64,000 nucleotides of DNA from Woeseiaceae bacterium (GTDB taxonomy: Bacteria > Pseudomonadota > Gammaproteobacteria > Steroidobacterales > Woeseiaceae). Position numbers and translations under genes: made by a program. Each line of letters opens with the position of its first letter. Within the stretch, counting starts at the first letter, position 1. This document shows, one piece after another, positions 62,825 to 64,000 of the stretch. Below the pieces are notes generated by a model, which was not told where the DNA came from, made no database searches, and worked only from the letters and a program-made list of their open reading frames with translations. The stretch lies in NCBI GenBank assembly GCA_965232455.1, contig OZ246981.1:3963911-4027910 (forward strand). Direction: 5' to 3'.

Positions 62825-64000
62825 AGGTTGCGGTAGTGAAGTGGCTTGCCGTACTGTTCGCGCTCTTCCACGTCTACAACAACTGGTTCACAGCCGTCTC
62901 CGAGTTGTGGTTCGCCGCCATTCACTTTGGCGGTTTTGGCGCGCTGTGCGCACTCACCTTTCATAAGCCGGCGCAGGACACTCGGCAAAGCGTATTGCGG
63001 GAATTGCCGGACATCTTTTTGGCAATCCTTTCGGTCGCGATTGCGGTGTATCTCATCCTGTTCGAGAACGCGCTCTATGAACGCGAGGCGGAGTTCGTTC
63101 CGGCCGACTACGTTTTCGCCGGCGCTGCCGTCCTGCTCGCGATCGAGTTTACCCGCCGTACCAGCGGATGGTTCATGCCGGCCCTGATCGTAGTCAGCCT
63201 GTCTTACATCCTGTTCCTGGGGCGCTACGTTCCCGGCGTGTTCGCGTTTCCCGGACTGAGCCTCGAAACGGTCCTGTACCGCAGCTACTGGAGCGCCGAT
63301 GGCATGTTCGGCATGGTGGCGAACATTTCATCGACGTTCGTGTTCATGTTCATCCTGTTTGGTTCGTTCCTGCTCAAGTCCGGGGCAGGGGATTTCATCG
63401 TCAAAATCGCGCGCAGCATCGCCGGCCGCTACCAGGGCGGCGCGGGACACGTCGCCGTGATCGGTTCGGGCTTGATGGGATCGGTGTCCGGTTCGGCCGT
63501 CGCGACGACGGTCTCCACCGGCGTAATCACCATCCCAATGATGATCAGATCCGGGTTTTCGCCGAGGTTCGCGGCCGGTGTCGAAGCGGCTGCCTCCACC
63601 GGCGGACAGATCATGCCGCCCATCATGGGTGCCGGCGCATTCGTCATGGCGAGCTACACGCAGATCCCCTATCTGCAGATCGTCTCGGTATCGTTGCTGC
63701 CGGCGTTGCTCTATTTCTTGACGGTCGCGTTCTTCGTTCGCATTGAAGCCCGGCGCTTGCAAATCCCGATAGACAAGGATGACGAGACGTCCTCGACGGT
63801 CGATGCACTGAAAAGCGGCTGGCACTTCATCGTTCCACTCGCTGTTCTGATTGTCTCGCTCATCGTTGGATACACGCCTGTGCGCTCCGCCACGTTCGCG
63901 ATCATCGCAGTGATCGTGGTTTCGTGGATGACGAGCACACCGATGACGCTGGAGCGCTGCATCGATGCCGTCCTCGATGCGCTGCGCATCATGGTGCCGA
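62821..64000 (+). CDS. TRAP transporter fused permease (TAXI type), 3' end beyond window
   Basis: ATG 62821 overlaps the upstream stop. Continuous hydrophobic ORF to the window end. Absent from the ORF track because no stop falls in the window. Confidence 0.6.
   Translation, partial: MKVAVVKWLAVLFALFHVYNNWFTAVSELWFAAIHFGGFGALCALTFHKPAQDTRQSVLRELPDIFLAILSVAIAVYLILFENALYEREAEFVPADYVFAGAAVLLAIEFTRRTSGWFMPALIVVSLSYILFLGRYVPGVFAFPGLSLETVLYRSYWSADGMFGMVANISSTFVFMFILFGSFLLKSGAGDFIVKIARSIAGRYQGGAGHVAVIGSGLMGSVSGSAVATTVSTGVITIPMMIRSGFSPRFAAGVEAAASTGGQIMPPIMGAGAFVMASYTQIPYLQIVSVSLLPALLYFLTVAFFVRIEARRLQIPIDKDDETSSTVDALKSGWHFIVPLAVLIVSLIVGYTPVRSATFAIIAVIVVSWMTSTPMTLERCIDAVLDALRIMVP

Overview
High-GC proteobacterial chromosomal segment with three zones. 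(1) 0.1-11 kb: a same-strand, defence-like gene set. It holds a Rossmann-like/TPR protein, a CHAT (caspase-like) protease and an MBL-fold hydrolase. These are followed by a PG-binding lipoprotein, a trypsin/SleB fusion, a 2TM coiled-coil protein and a protein with a C-terminal nitrilase-like domain. (2) 11-25 kb and 38-64 kb: ordinary housekeeping, transport and regulatory genes. These include an acyl-CoA synthetase, an M20 hydrolase, GST/AHSA1/ArsR, MetA-MetY, a TonB-dependent receptor and an ECF sigma factor with a Ser/Thr kinase-FGE-hydrolase fusion. They also include a MacAB-type efflux system, an NtrC/NtrB-like pair and a TAXI-TRAP transporter. (3) 25.4-38.6 kb: a very unusual + strand region. 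About 40 tRNA and tRNA-like genes are packed back-to-back, many with encoded CCA. Several are interrupted, mostly inside the T-loop, by a recurring family of about 40-90 nt structured modules. These modules show compensatory base changes. The array is preceded by an XRE regulator with a strong promoter. It is interrupted by an SPFH gene and followed by an HNH endonuclease, the RNA-splicing ligase RtcB and an unknown protein. This array with its intervening modules and the downstream HNH-RtcB pair is the most likely novel system in the window. All calls come from reading the sequence by eye; no searches were run.
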